Shown piece after piece: positions 24,301-38,070 of a stretch of 64,000 nucleotides of DNA. Source of the DNA: Raja brachyura (taxonomy: Eukaryota); the NCBI GenBank assembly GCA_963514005.1, contig OY740791.1, positions 17,298,001-17,362,000 on the forward strand. The letters are read 5' to 3'. The notes beneath the pieces were generated by a model that did no database searches, had not been told where the DNA came from, and saw nothing but the letters and a program-made list of their open reading frames with translations. Both the position numbers and the translations under genes were made by a program. How positions within the stretch are numbered: position 1 is the first letter of the stretch; each line of letters starts with the position of its first letter.

Positions 24301-24868
24301 TCATACCATAAATATAATCAGAATCTCAGATACAAGATTGTAATAATGCAGCATTTCTGTAGAATTCAGCACTTCAATTACCACCAAAAACAAATCCCAC
24401 ACCATTATCAGTGAGTTTCCCATTGAATGTCTTTCCCATGCATCATTATGCCCAACGAGGTATATTTTTTACTAGCATCAGGAAAATATGGAGTAGTTGC
24501 CTCTCGATGTGCTAGTCAGAGCTCGTGATCAATCGTGCTGCTGCAAATGCATCTGGACCACTGACTCCTTTATGGCTAATTAAAAACTTTCAAAATTGGA
24601 ATTGAGGACCAAGAAAGCCATCGTGTATGGACTAAAGTAGTAAGCTTAAAATTTTAAAAATGATACAACTTCCTACGGAAAAGCAGCATCAAAAATAAAA
24701 CAAAGCACCCTAGAAGTCTGCCCTTCCCAACTTCCCAAAAATTACAAGTTACAATGATTACATTTCCACTGCTGAAGTTATCAGTCTCATCAGTTTTTGA
24801 GATGGTGCATTGCTTCTCAATAAACACGAGTGCTTCTGTCAAGGGATCAAATCTTCTTCCAGGTTGGT

Positions 24869-24900
24869 TTAAATATCCATCTCAAACTGCGCGTCGTCAA
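24869..24900 (-). CDS. EIF4EBP3: EIF4EBP3 exon 3 with TOS motif and stop codon
   Basis: tag|TT GAC GAC GCG CAG TTT GAG ATG GAT ATT TAA gives (V)DDAQFEMDI*. The three exons sum to 339 nt, i.e. 112 aa plus stop. Confidence 0.95.
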
Positions 24901-27153
24901 CTAGACATTAAAAACAACACAAAGTTAATACACTTTTATTTTTGCACTTACACCATTACATTACTAGTTGAAACATTTCAAATCACAGATAGTATTATGC
25001 ATTCAGGATTCTGCGTTATTCTGCATACTTCACTTTCAAAAGAAATCATACTTTTGGTTATGGAGGAAGGAACTGCAGGTGCTGGTTTATACCGAAGATA
25101 GAATCAAAATGCTGGAGTGGCTCAGCCAGTCAGGCAGCATCTCTGGAGAAAAGGAATAGATTACGTTTTGAGTCGGATCTCTTCTTCAGACTCAAGCTTT
25201 TGGATTGCAACATTTAAATATTACAGTTCTAAGAGAAAGCTAACTTCATGGTCTTGATATAGCATTTTAAATACTGTTCTTCAGTTCACATATTGAAGAT
25301 TCTATCTGTAACTTTGTAACCAGTCGACTAACATGGGTATTCGTTTTGGGATGTGGGCAAGATAGAAATGTATTGCCCAACCCTAATTACACCAGTGGTG
25401 AGCTTCCTTCATCAATCACTACAGTCCCGTCTGGTGCATTTTCGGTTGTTTCCAACTGAAGTACTACGCTCGGTCAAATCCTGCTTTGATCTCAGTGGTG
25501 ATTGCCTGCATTCCTGCTCCAGGATTCAGCTTTTTGCATGTTAGGCTATAATGAGCTGCATGGTTCTGATGCAACCCAAAGTGCACATCATTTAGCAGGT
25601 GTTTGGTGAATGAGAACTGCTTGTTAGCACTCTCCATGATACATTTCTTCTCTTTATTGATGATTATAAGGCTGGACTGATAAGGTAGTGATTATCCAGA
25701 ATGGTGTTTACCCATTTGTGTTCTCCATTTTATCGTTCAGAGAGATCGGAATCGGGCAATTTATCACCCTGTCAAGTTAATGCCAGTACAATACTAAGCT
25801 GCACTCCGAACAGTCTGGCCGGAGACATAACTAGTTCTTAAGCCCAATTTTAAGTACTATAACCAGAATGGATGTATAATAAAAGGACGTATTTTTAAGA
25901 ATGGAGATGAGGAGGAATTTAGCCATAGGGTGGTGAATCTGGGGAATTTATTGACACGGATGGGTAGGGAGGCCAAGTCATTGAGTATTTTTAAAGCAGA
26001 GTTTGATAGGTTCTTGATTTGTAACGGCAACGTTTATGGGGAGCAGGCAGGAGAATGGTAATTGAGAGAGGGAAATGATCGAGTAGCAGAGCACACAATG
26101 TCCCGAATGGCCTAATTCTGCTCCTATGACTTCTTCCAACATTCAGCCTTTGCATTTGCAGGGTGTTCGGCAGCATCTTGACATTATGTAGACACCAATG
26201 AATTAACTGGGGTGCAAGATGTATTATGCATTTAGCATTTCAGGCTTGTCTTTTGCACATGTGGTATGTTCTAATGGTGAAGAGAAGATGGTCTTGGAAC
26301 CATTTCATTCCATTAGTTGATCAACTGTCCACCATCATGCACAAGTGGATGTGGCAGGACTGTGAAGTCTCAATCTTGTCTGCTCGTGTGGAATGCTGAG
26401 CTTAGCTGTCTTTATCTCGAGCTACCATAGAGCTATATGTGAACTGGTCCTTCAGTCCATCTTGTCCACGCTCACCAAGTTTCCTAACCAAGGTAGTGCC
26501 ACGTGGTTGCATCTTGGCTTGCCTATAATCCCTCCCAGACCATTCCTATCCATATTACATGTGAAATTGCCTTTTACATCTTTCCCTTATACATTAAACT
26601 TATGACCCCTAGTTTTAGACTTCCCCACCCTGGAGACGACTATGGCTATTCACCTTATATATGCTCAACCCTCCTCATGATTTTATAAACCTCAAAGGTC
26701 TTTTCCCAGCGTATCCTTATAACAAACCTTCCAGACCCAGGAAGATCCTTGATAGTTATTGCACCTTTTCCAGTTTAATGGTATTCTCCCTATATAAGGG
26801 CTATCAGAACAATACACAGTACTCCAAATGTAACCTTACAAACAGTTATACAGCCGTAAAATGACGTTCCAACTTGTGTATTCAATAAATTGATTCCCAT
26901 CAAATCAGGATTGAGGGTAGTGTGATGTGTGTTAGTCGAGTGTCTAGGGTGTGGAACTGCTGTTCCCCTGCTGTAGGTAGATAGACTGGCAACACAGTGG
27001 CGCAGCAAGAGAGTTGCTCCCTTATTGCATCAGAGACCGGGTTAATTCACGACTGCAGGTGCTGTCTGTGTGGAGTTTGTATGTTCTCTCTCTTACCCCA
27101 TGTGCTCCAGTTTCCTCCCACACTCCAAAGACGTACAGGTTTGCTTGTTAATA

Positions 27154-27622
27154 AGAGTTCGGTATTCCGAAAAACACAAGGAACCGTGGGATTGGTCAAA
27201 GGTCACTCGCGATAAACATTCTCGGCAGCTGTGCTGCAGCATGAATATAGACCTGCGTTTCATCAGTAGTCAGGATCGAACCGGGGTCTCCAGCGCTGCA
27301 AGCACTGTTGAATTGCTACTGGACTGTCCCCGTTCCCTCCCGAGCGTCCCTGTCTGGCGGTGGCCGGAGATGTCCGGGGTGACACTGGACTGGCGGGACA
27401 CCGGCCCGGAGCAGTGGCGGCCCAGGCTTACAGCCAGCGGGGAGAAGAAGCGCTAACACCACTGCTCCGGGCCGGTGTCCTGTAAGTCCAGGGCTGTCGC
27501 TTGAGCTGGAGTTAGGGCTTCGTCTCCGCAGGTCTGTATGCATGCAGTAGCACAGCTGCCGAGAATGTTTATCTCGAGTGTCCTATGACCTGGGCATGCG
27601 CAGTCGGAACACCGAACCCGCT
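27154..27622. mobile_element. Non-autonomous TIR element (MITE-like), copy 1, nested in a tRNA-SINE
   Basis: TA-flanked; ends AGAGTTCGGTATTCCGA and TCGGAACACCGAACCCGCT; subterminal inverted block GATAAACATTCTCGGCAGCTGTGCT; homologous to 60870-61723. Confidence 0.75.
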
Positions 27623-28053
27623 TAGTGGCATGTGTAAATTGTCTCTAGTGTGTTGGATAGTGCTGGTGTACAGGGTGATCGCGGGTCGGTGCGGACTCGG
27701 TGGGCTGAAGGGCCTGTTTCCATGCTGTACCTCTAAAGAATGCTTATTGGATGGCAAGATTTGGTGCCAAAGTACACTGGTGGATGTTCTCAGTGCAAAA
27801 ACAGGACATGCTCTCCATAAAATGCATAAACCCTACTAATACTATTATATTGATGGAGGTATCCATTTCCACTATCAATTTGATACAACTGAGTTGCATA
27901 CCTGGGCCATTCTAAGCAACTGCTAAAAATGGATTACATTGTTGTCGATCTGGACAATCTGGATCACATTCAGGCAAGAATAACAGATTTCTTCACGGAA
28001 TGTACATTAGGGACCCAGGTGAGTTTTACAGCCAAAAAATGTTTCATTATCGT

Positions 28054-28081
28054 CTGACGAAGGGTCTCGACCCGAAACATC
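28054..28081 (+). ncRNA. Hammerhead-like motif in a Penelope-derived repeat
   Basis: CTGACGA-A-GGGTC-TC-GACCC-GAAACATC; stem II is perfect, but the stem III palindrome is mutated (ACAT). Confidence 0.55.
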
Positions 28082-31005
28082 ACCCATTCCTTCTCTCCAG
28101 AGATGCAGCCTGTCCTACCGAGTAACTCCAGCTTTTTGTGTCTACCTTCAGTTTAAACCAGCATCTGCAGTTTCTTCCTACACATACTGTCTTTTTAAAT
28201 GCATATTTATTACACTTAAATTCACCAGCTGCTGCTGTGGATTTTGAACTCATTTCTCTTGATCATTAGACCTGGTTTCAGGATTACCAATCTAGTAAAA
28301 TAAATCTTTATGCCACCATTAACCTTGGAAATTCAAACGCTGCAATACACATTGGCTTGTGTGAGTAAAGTCTTGTGTGTTGCCTGGTGGATACAACATT
28401 CTATTTCAGGCAATGCTCGGGCAGCTGATTCCAGCCTCGCTGCCAATAGAAATCACCCCAGCATATTAAACAACACATTTTCTTCGATAAACAGATGCAC
28501 TGTAACTAGTGTCCACAGTTAAAATAGCAGCTGTCGACAGCATGCATTTCATCTGTTAGATATTGGGAATTAAATCTACCAGACCTAAAAACACAAAAAT
28601 GTTCTTAGAATATGTTTACAAAATTTAATTATTTTGTAAATCACATTTACTATATAAAGACTGCACAGTAACCGAACATTACAGCTGCAAAATTTCACCT
28701 CTTGATGATGCAAAATACAAACTTTTAAAGGACAATTTAGTGTGAGTTATGGTTGTCACCTCTCAAAATTACTGAATTGTGGTAACCACATTTAATAAAA
28801 ATGTTTATATAACAATTTAAAATGTACTTTGTTTCGCTTGGCACCTGCCACTTGGTGTTCCCATTTAAATTGAACACCTACTGTCACTTCTTCCGGTGAT
28901 TTGTTTTTCAAAGTGAATGTCAGCAAGTTATTTGACTGTATAGGGCTCAAATGGTATTTTGTACTTTCTGAGGTCACAGAACAGCAACCAGGAGTGGAAA
29001 AAAGCTGCCAATTTTCTTCACCCTCCCACACCCATCTTCCTCAAGATCTTAGCGTCCTGTGGACAGCGAGGTCAACACATTGTTAGTGTATCATGGATTC
29101 AGTCTGGATAAGACTGCAATCTTTGAGGCTGAGTTCTATGTCGGCCTAACCTTTGCTTCAGAGGTCAGCATGCAACAGTATTAAAAAACACACTGGAAAA
29201 AAAAGTAATAGTCTTTTCTGCAAAATGTTGTGCTCTATAATTTCTGGAAAGGTGTTCATTATTATTGAAAGAATGTCCCTCAAGGTATATAAAAAATAAA
29301 GTACTCAAACAAAACAAAGACTTTTCCTTCTTGTAAAATTTTCCATTGAAACATAGTGATCAATAGTAGCAAAGCCAAAGTAGCAACAGTATTCTGATTG
29401 GTAGTCGCAATTTGTTAAAGTTTAACTTTGCTACAGGTACAATGAGAACCAATAAAGTGTTTACAAGAGTTCACACACCCACTATAAATATCAGCTTACA
29501 GACTTTAACCTTTCCTCATGACTGAATCAAGTACTTCAAAACAAGTTTCCAGGTCATATGAAATCATTCGATACATGTGACAGTCACGAATGTAAAATCT
29601 ACAAATGAGTTAATGTACTGTATTATTAAAATAAGCCACATCTGAGATTTTTTTTAAAGATTGGCAACAATGGTAGCACATGTTTGGGCACATGAACAAT
29701 GAAAAACACGTTTTTGAGTTGGAGCAGCAAGAACTCAATCTGTCACCATTATTTAGTTTTAAGACTCACCACATCCTCCAAATTCCAAATACAGTACAGC
29801 CAAACCTTGTGCAGAACTGACATAATTGTTTGAAGTCCTTTTCAAACATTGAGAAGCTTCAATGCAACTTGCTTGTTGACTTTTGCTCTGTCTGCAGCAG
29901 GGTTGGTTTGATATATATTCTTTAGATTTTTTTTTCCTACAACCATAACTTGCAACCCCAATTCACATCATCTGAGGAAGGGTCCCAACCCAAAATGTCA
30001 CTTGTCTATTTCCTCCCCAAATGCTGCCCGCTCTACTGATTTCCACCAGCATTTTGTGTTTTGATCAAGATTCTAGCATCTGCAGTTTGTTGTGCGTTAC
30101 TAATTTCCATTGGTTAATTATTGTCAGGTAAACCAAGATAAAGTAAAAACTTTAATTTGTGAGCCATCCAGCCATTTCCTACCATACACAAGTTCATCAG
30201 GCTGGAGAGAAAATAAACAGAATGCAGAATTTAGTGCCATAGCTGCAGAAAAAAATGCAGATTCAAAAAAAGTGCAAGGACTCAACATGGTAGATTGGAA
30301 GATCAGGATATTCATCCCTAGCATCTGGGAGGTCCGTTCAAGAGTCTGTTAACAGCAAATCCTGGCTGATTCACCGTGATCAGGATAATATGAGATTTAC
30401 TTAAAATCTTTATGGAAAAGCATTGTGAAAAACCTGAAAGTAATAATATTCATATTGGAGGTGCTCAGCGAGTCAGGCATTATTTATGGAGGGAATAGAC
30501 GGACGATGTTTTTGGTTGGGACCCATCTTCAGACCGAGAGCAGTGGTGCGGAGAAAGCTAGAAAAGAGAGGCGGGTGCAGATGTCCTCCATTGTCCAAGC
30601 CAGAGCAAAGCAAATCCTCCCCTGTGCCTCACATTGTCCTTGCACCAGCATTCACATTCATCACCATAATATCTACCAGCAGCCATATCTTCCCCTCTAG
30701 TATTTTGAGGGAGCATTTCCCAATCAAGAACACCCTTCACCTGTGTTCACCTATCCCTTGTCAGACTTTGTCTCCCCCCCCCACAAAAGGATCCCGACCC
30801 AAAATGTTGCCGAGCCATGTTCTCGTGAGATGTTGCCTAACCTGTCGAGTTACTCTAGCACTTTGTGGCTTTTTTTGGTAAACCAGCATCTGTAGTTCCC
30901 GATAATCATATTGAATGTTCCCCAAGACACACCAAGCAAAATATCTGAATCTGCTTGGGCAGAGGGGAAAGAGGCACCATATTACAACGACGAAGGACAC
31001 ATTAC

Positions 31006-31182
31006 CTGGAGTTTCTTTTTCCGATTCAGTTTCTTGTTCTTTAAGTTCGTCAACTTTGGTTAAAGTTGAGTGTTGAGGCAGAGTTACGCCTGGGATCTGA
31101 GGTAGGTAACAAGGAGGGGTTCGAGCAAGTGGAGAATTTCTGCATTCCATCAAAAATTTACGTCCATACACAATCCGTGTAC
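31006..31182 (-). CDS. EIF4EBP3: EIF4EBP3 exon 2 with the eIF4E-binding motif
   Basis: [33 protein letters not shown]...[14 protein letters not shown]; YxxxxL-phi and IPGVT motifs; AG at 31183-31184, GTAAT donor; 177 nt, phase 1 to 1. Confidence 0.95.
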
Positions 31183-34100
31183 CTGAGCAACAAATAAGAT
31201 GAGTATTTAGCTTTCGCATTTGGCTTGTCTTGGCGGAAAAAGGAGATCAATTTCTTAAGACATGGTTACCTTTTACTGAATATCTGCAACAACAGAATGG
31301 TTAAACACAAATTTAAATTTAAATCCGACGCCTGGGATGGGTGAGGAGGGGGGGGGGGGGAAGGTGTATGTCCATCTTTTATTTTCTTATTTCTTTTCTT
31401 TTCTCCTGCACTTCTTTGGTAGCTTTGGGGTCTTTTTCCTGTTCTTTTGTATTTTACCTTTTTTTCTTCATCCTTTCTTTTTCTTGTTTTTGTGTTGATT
31501 TAGGTTATATGGTTAAAAATGAAGCTGTACAATAATTGTGTAACTGTTATGTCAATCGTCTTATCCTTGTACAATTGCTTCCAATAAAATAATTTTTTTT
31601 TAAAGCAAAAAAAAAGGTTTTGCTAACTTTTTAAAGCACGCCTGATGACCCAAAATATAATTTGCTACCACTCCTCCATGGCAATAGCAGAAGATAAAAA
31701 GGCCTGGAGAGGGCCACCAGGCTTGACAAGCCTGCCTTGCTATTCAATATGATCACCGCTGGTCTACTCTGGCCTCAACTCTTCCTCCGTGCTAATTCTC
31801 TCTAACCCCCAATTCCTTGATATTTCAAGTATTTATCCATCTCCACAAACACATTGACTAATCTGGCCTCCACCACCCTTAGAGGCAGAGAATTCCATAG
31901 ATGCAGTATCCTCTGAGAGGTCACACTTCAGATAGGTGCCAGTCCCTGATTATGTGTGATGTCACATCTTCGTGACTCTCTCCCGAGTGGAGACCAATGT
32001 CTCGACCCGAAACGTCGCTCCTTAGATGCTGCTGCACCCTGAGTTTCTCCAGCCTTTTGTGTACCCCGTGACCCAGTCAATAGTCATTCTTCGTGTGCAA
32101 CCATAAATAACAAGCAGTGGTTTCTTTCTCCCTGGTTCACCAGACACCACAAGACAATATACATTACATTTTCAACCTTCAGATTGTTCTGTCAGCAAAT
32201 TACTGCTTAAAAGTTTCTCACTGTACTTCATTACATGTGACAATAGTGAACCATAATCATCAAACATCATCATCAAGAAATAACCAAAATTGGTGGTTTC
32301 TTTGTGTTGCTCTTTGAGCAGCAGGGTAAAATTATTTGCCACACCTGTGGATTCACTCATTGATTTCTGTCAGCCACCTCTGTAGCAGGGGCTCTGCTAT
32401 TTTCTGCAAGTCCAGCAATTGGCTGCATCTTCCCTTGCCTCTGCTCTTACGATTCACAGTGGTCCAGGTTCTCTCCAGATGGATGAAATCTGGTGTATTT
32501 AGGTCCTGCCGCTGAACATAATTTATGTAACTCTCATTAAGAGCAGCGCAGTGGCACAGCTGGCAGAGCTGCTGCCTCTCAGCGCCAGAGACCTGGGTTC
32601 AATCCTGACCTTGGGTGCTGTCTCCGTGACCACGCGAGTCTCCTCCAGGAGCTCTGATTTCCTCTCACATCCCAAAGATGCGCAGGTTTGTAGGTTTGGC
32701 TTCTATAAAAAACGCTCGTAGAGTGTAGGGAGTGGATGTGAAAGTGGGGGTAACATAGAAATAGTCTGAATGGATGATCAATGGTCAGCGTGGACTTGGT
32801 GAGCCTGTTTCTATGCAATTAACAAGGCAATTAACCAAGAGGCAAACCATTGAGTGGTGGGTTAGCTTTGTGTCAAAAGAGTAGAGAAATGAAAAGGAAA
32901 GAGCCAATGTTTCTAAGGTTGGCTGATTGATTGACATTTTATCAGGACATTAAGCGAACTTTTGAAAGTGTCATGAGCTATATTTTTCATTCAATGAAAA
33001 AGTACTCCTGGCAGGATGTTAGCACTTCCTCTGCAATGCACTGAAATGTTGGTTGAGAATATGTGCTCAAATTCTGGGTCATTCCCTAAACCCAGAATCT
33101 TTCAATTCAGGGCCCCCCAATATGCTCCATGTAGTCTTTCAGTATCGTTAACAGAGGCCTCTTAACTTCTCCCGAGTCCAAGAATCAGTCCTAATTTGCA
33201 ACTCAAATTGAAAATTGAGGGTTCTGGATTACAGGTGTTGAAGATAAAAAAAGCTTGCATTTCACACAGCCATTGCATTTGAAGTTATCATATCAGTGCT
33301 CCAATTTAAAGAGGAAAGTCTGATGATAATCTTGACAGGACTGCTGGAAAGATGCCTTGAATGGTGCTTTATTGTCACGTGTACTTAAGTACAGTGAAAT
33401 TCTGTCTTTCTACTTCAGAGAATGTAGCTTTACAGGATTGAATCGCCATGGTCCAGAACTGGCACCCTTTATTCTTTTGTATTTATTTATAAATATTTAA
33501 ATGCATCATAGCATGGCAATCTAGGATGTTAATTGTTAAGATTTTAATGTCCTTATTCAACCACCTGTTAAATATAGAATTCAGTACTATCAGAAAAACT
33601 CGCTGAGATATTAAACAATTTTAAGCTGTAAATAAGTAACACAGAATGTAGGGATATAGTAACCAGACGCTGGAGATTTAAAGTGGAGTTAAAAAGTAGA
33701 ATTGTTAAAATACATATTATTCACTTTCCTCTTGGAAGCACTGAGCCATAATATATCCCCAAAAGGTGGGAACAAATATTAATTACTTATTGACATCTTC
33801 ACAATCTTGTGGGTTACACAAAAAGCTGGAGAAACTCAGTGGGTGCAGCAGCATCTAAGGAGCGAAGGAGATAGGCGACGTTTCGGGTCGAGACCCTTCT
33901 TCACAACCTTGTGGGTGGTTTTGAGTTACACTCTTACTGCACATCATCTCCAGAAAATAGTATTAAACAATTTTTTAAATAATTGCAAAAAATGCTGAAA
34001 ATACTTAGCGGTCAGCAAACTTTCAGGTTAACGACCTGTTGTCAGAACTTGGAAATTTAGAAAACAAGCAAAAATAAAATTGCAGAGGAGGAGGAGGAGG

Positions 34101-34503
34101 AGGATAGAGTAAATAATGAGAATGCCTGTGATTAGGCAGAGAGCAATAGAATGCAGGTGACACAAATGCTAATGGTGCTGTTTTACGAGGGGGAGGTGAA
34201 TGCTTGTTAAATCATGCGTAATGTCTGGTGAAGATGTAAACAGAGGCTGAATGGAGGCAGAAAAAAGAGAAACCCAATACAGAACACAGTCATTGCGTGA
34301 AACCTGAAACAAAAGGGAACACTAAAAATATTCAGCAATTCAGACATGTGACAAGGAAAAAAACTAATGCTACAGATGGATGACTACGTTTATCTAGTTG
34401 TTTTCATCACTCACTGCAGGACAATGCTCACATCCCAGCAATTAGAATTATGCATCTCTTTTGGACTGCCTCCAAAGCCAGGGTGTTCTTTTTTTTTAAT
34501 ATA

Positions 34504-36107
34504 CAGTGCCCTCCATATCGTTTGGGTCAAAGGCCCATCATTTATTTATTTGCCTCTGTACTCCACATTTGAGATTTGTATAAGAAACAATCACATGTGG
34601 TTAAAGTGCACGTTGTCAGATTTTATTACAGGTTATTTTTATACATTTTGGTTTCACCATGTAGAAATGACAGCAGTGTTTATACATAGTCGCCCCATTT
34701 CAGGGCACCATAATGTTTGGGACACATGGCTTCACAATTGCTCACGTGTGTTTAATTGCCTCCTTAATGCAGGTATAAGGGAGCTCTCAGCACCTAGTCT
34801 TTCCTTAAGTCTTTCCATCACCTTTGGAAACATTTATTGCTGTTTATCAACATGAAGTTGTGCCAATGAAAGTCAAATAAGCCATTATGAGACTGAGAAG
34901 CAAGAATAAATCTGTTAGAGACATCAGCCAAACCTTAGGCTTACCAATATCAACTGTTTGGAACATCATTAAGAAGCAGGAGAGCACTGGTGAGCTTACT
35001 AATCATAAAGGCACTGGCAGGCCAAGGAAGACCTCCACAGCTGATGACCGAAGAATTCTCAATTCTAAAGAAAAAACCCCAAACACCTGTCCGACAGATC
35101 AGAAACACTCTTCAGGTGTGGATTCGTCAATGACCACTGTCCGCAGAAGACTTCATGAACAGAAATACAGAGGCTGCACTGCAAGATACAAACCACTGAT
35201 TAGCTGCAAAAATAGGATGGCCAGGTTAGTTTGCCAAGAAGTACTTAAAAGAGCAACCACAGTTCTGGAAAAAGTTCTTGTGAACAAATGAGACGAAGAT
35301 TAACTTATATCAGAGTGATGGCAAGAGTAAAGTATGAAGGAGAGAAGGAACTGCCAATGATCCAAAGCATACCACCTCATCTGTGAAACACGGTGGTGGG
35401 GGTGTTATGGCCTGGGCATGTATGGCTGCTGAAGGTACTGGCTCACTTATCTTCATCGATGATACAACTGCTGATGGTAGTAGCATAATGAATTCTGAAG
35501 TGTATTGACACATCCTAACTGCTCAATTTCAAACAAATGCCTCAAAACTCATTGGCCAGCGGTTCATTCAACAGCAAGACAATGATCCCAAACATACTGC
35601 TAAAGCAACAAAGGAGTTTTTCAAAGCTAAAAAATGATCAATTTTTGAGTGGCCAAGTCAATCGCCCAATCTGAACCCAACTGAGCATGCCTTTTATATG
35701 CTGAAGAGAAAACTGAAGGGGACTAGCCCCCAAAATATGCATAAGACTGCAATATAGGCCTGGCAGAGCGTCACCAGAGAAGACACCCTGCATCTGGAAT
35801 GTCCGTGAATCGCAGACATTAAGCAGTCATTGCATGCAAAGGATATGCAACAAAATATTAAACATGACTACTTTAATTTACATGACATTACTGTGTCCCA
35901 AAAATTATGATGCCCTGAAATGGGGGGGGGGGGGGGGGGGGGAAAGATATGAATAAACACAAAATGTATAAAAATGGCCTCTACTAAAATCTGACAATGT
36001 GCACTGTAACCACATGTGATTTTTTCTATTACAAATCTCAAATTGTGGAGAACAGGGGCAAATAAATAAATGATGGGTCTTTGTCCAAAACATTATGGAG
36101 GGCATTG
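34504..36107 (+). mobile_element. Full-length but defective Tc1-like DNA transposon in EIF4EBP3 intron 1
   Basis: TA|CAGTGCCCTCCATA...TATGGAGGGCATTG|TA; long (~230 bp) inverted repeats; transposase remnants (HTH, GRPRKT, VKHGGG, QQDNDPKH, SPNLNPTEH) broken by frameshifts and stops. Confidence 0.93.
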
Positions 36108-37612
36108 TATAAGAGGTGCAAAATTATATACACTTCAGGTGTGGCCAGACCAGTATCCTGTACAACTGTGACAATACTTCTAAACCGAAACCCTTTTGCA
36201 ATAAATTCTATGATGGCAATACCTTCCTGACCCACTTGCCTGTTGATGCTTTGCAATATGTTGACAAGAATTAAATCCTACATCCTTCTATCCTTAGCTC
36301 ATCTGCAATCTATCCGCATTCACATACCTGCCTGCAGATTCCTCTCACAGGAGTCAATATCCTCACAATCGGTCACATTAAACTCCATCTGCCAGCTTCT
36401 CACTCAACTCAGATGTCCAGATGTGAAGAAATAATACCTTCATTACAACATGTCATCCCACCCATTTGTACTAATTTTTCAAGGACTAATTTAAAACATT
36501 TTATTCTAGTCATTGTGAAACATGCCCTAATCCTCCAAATCTCACAAAATGCCACATTGGCGGAATTCAATGGTTACCAGGGTCTATCAATATCTCCGAA
36601 CCCCACCCCCCACTGACAGTGGAATACAACAGGGGTTAGGGTAGCATCCAATGATCCTACGCCTGGGATCTGCAGTAAGGTCAATGCTTCAAATCGCGAA
36701 TCCATTCCAGCACTGAGCCCTACCAGCAGTAATGTCAACTTGTTTAAATCAAATTGAGCACCTTTCTTGCAGCTCAATCAATGGAATCGAGTTGCTCAGC
36801 CGGATCTGCATTGGTGCTTTCTGACACTGAAAATAAGTATTTCTTCTAATGCTCAGGAGTTAATCCACCCCCTCCCCACTTCCCCCATCCTCCCATTTTG
36901 TGGGAAATCGCCAGCTTCTTCCACGTGGCTCCCAAACGAGGTGCAAATGCATAAGTGGTGAAATTGATCCGTTCTAATTTTCAAAGGTCTTTTATTGTCA
37001 CGTGTACCAATGAAGGTACAGTGATATTCGAATTATTAATTCCATCCAGGATTCACCCGGAGATGGAGCACGATTTAGTGTCAGTCGCTGGAGTGGCAGT
37101 AAAACTATTTGCATTGACTATTTGCATTTGCAGTTAGTTTCTGCTGATTTGCACGTCGAGGGGTGAGGCAAACCAGGGCTTGTACATCAACAAGGATCCA
37201 CGAGTCTTTCAAAATATTTACGTCGCTCCGACTTCTGCTGCACGTGATTCGGAGCAGGGCCAGTTGCAGGAGAAGCGAGAGCGCCAACTAACTACCAAAT
37301 ACTGCAGCCAGATCTGACATCTATTGACAACAACAACAACAGGGGTTAGGGGAGCATTGCTGAAATTACAATCTTAAAAAATATTGCAGGTTTCCAACTT
37401 AATGCATCGGATACACCGCTTGGTCCACACTGGAATCTGGCAAACGGAGGGGTCTGGCTTCCCCCATTCTGCTGCAGTATTGCCTTTCAATGAATTTTAA
37501 GCAAGAATATTAAGTCCCGTCAGAAACACTGGTGTTAAACCACCTTACTGGGCGTTTGCTCAATCGGCTGCAACAAATAACGACATGAGTACGGGGGGAA
37601 GGTCTACATTAC

Positions 37613-37742
37613 CTCCTGGGGTGGTGGAAAACAAGGTGCCGCCCGGAGTACTGCTGTACAGGTCGGGCAGTTGCGACAAATCTTTCAGCAGAACTTTGGT
37701 TGGGATCGGACAGCTTTTGCTCTGATGGCAGTTCGCAGACAT
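37613..37742 (-). CDS. EIF4EBP3: EIF4EBP3 (4E-BP3) exon 1, coding part
   Basis: ATG at 37742; [43 protein letters not shown](G) with two TP phosphosites and CPIP; GTAAT donor at 37608-37612; 130 nt. Confidence 0.93.
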
Positions 37743-37951
37743 TTTTTTGTTGTTGTTGTTTTGCAAACTGTAAAACTTTGCCCGAAGTTTGAAGCCGCCC
37801 TGTTCCACGTGAGCTGTTTCGCAACGAGGACCAGCAATTGCTGCAGAAGTTAGGCGCGCTCCCTCCGTCCGCTGCAGAATAGTGAGAACAAACCACGTGC
37901 AACTCAGTTTACAAATAAAGGGCGGACATGACGCTCGGTGACAGGCAGCAG

Positions 37952-38070
37952 CAAAGATACTAGAGGAGCGATTTCGGAGGAGTGGTCTGTCTTGCTCCTC
38001 TAGGCAAGATCTTTGTGCAGCAGCAGCAGCAGCAGAGATCCTATAGCAAAGCTCCGCTGTAGGATCTTTG
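37952..38070. mobile_element. Two tiny hAT-like MITE remnants in tandem upstream of EIF4EBP3
   Basis: CAAAGAT..CTAGAGGAGC/GCTCCTCTAG..ATCTTTG (37952-38015) and CAGAGATCCTATAGC/GCTGTAGGATCTTTG (38033-38070). The 8-mer GGCAGCAG is at 37944-37951 and 38071-38078. Confidence 0.6.
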
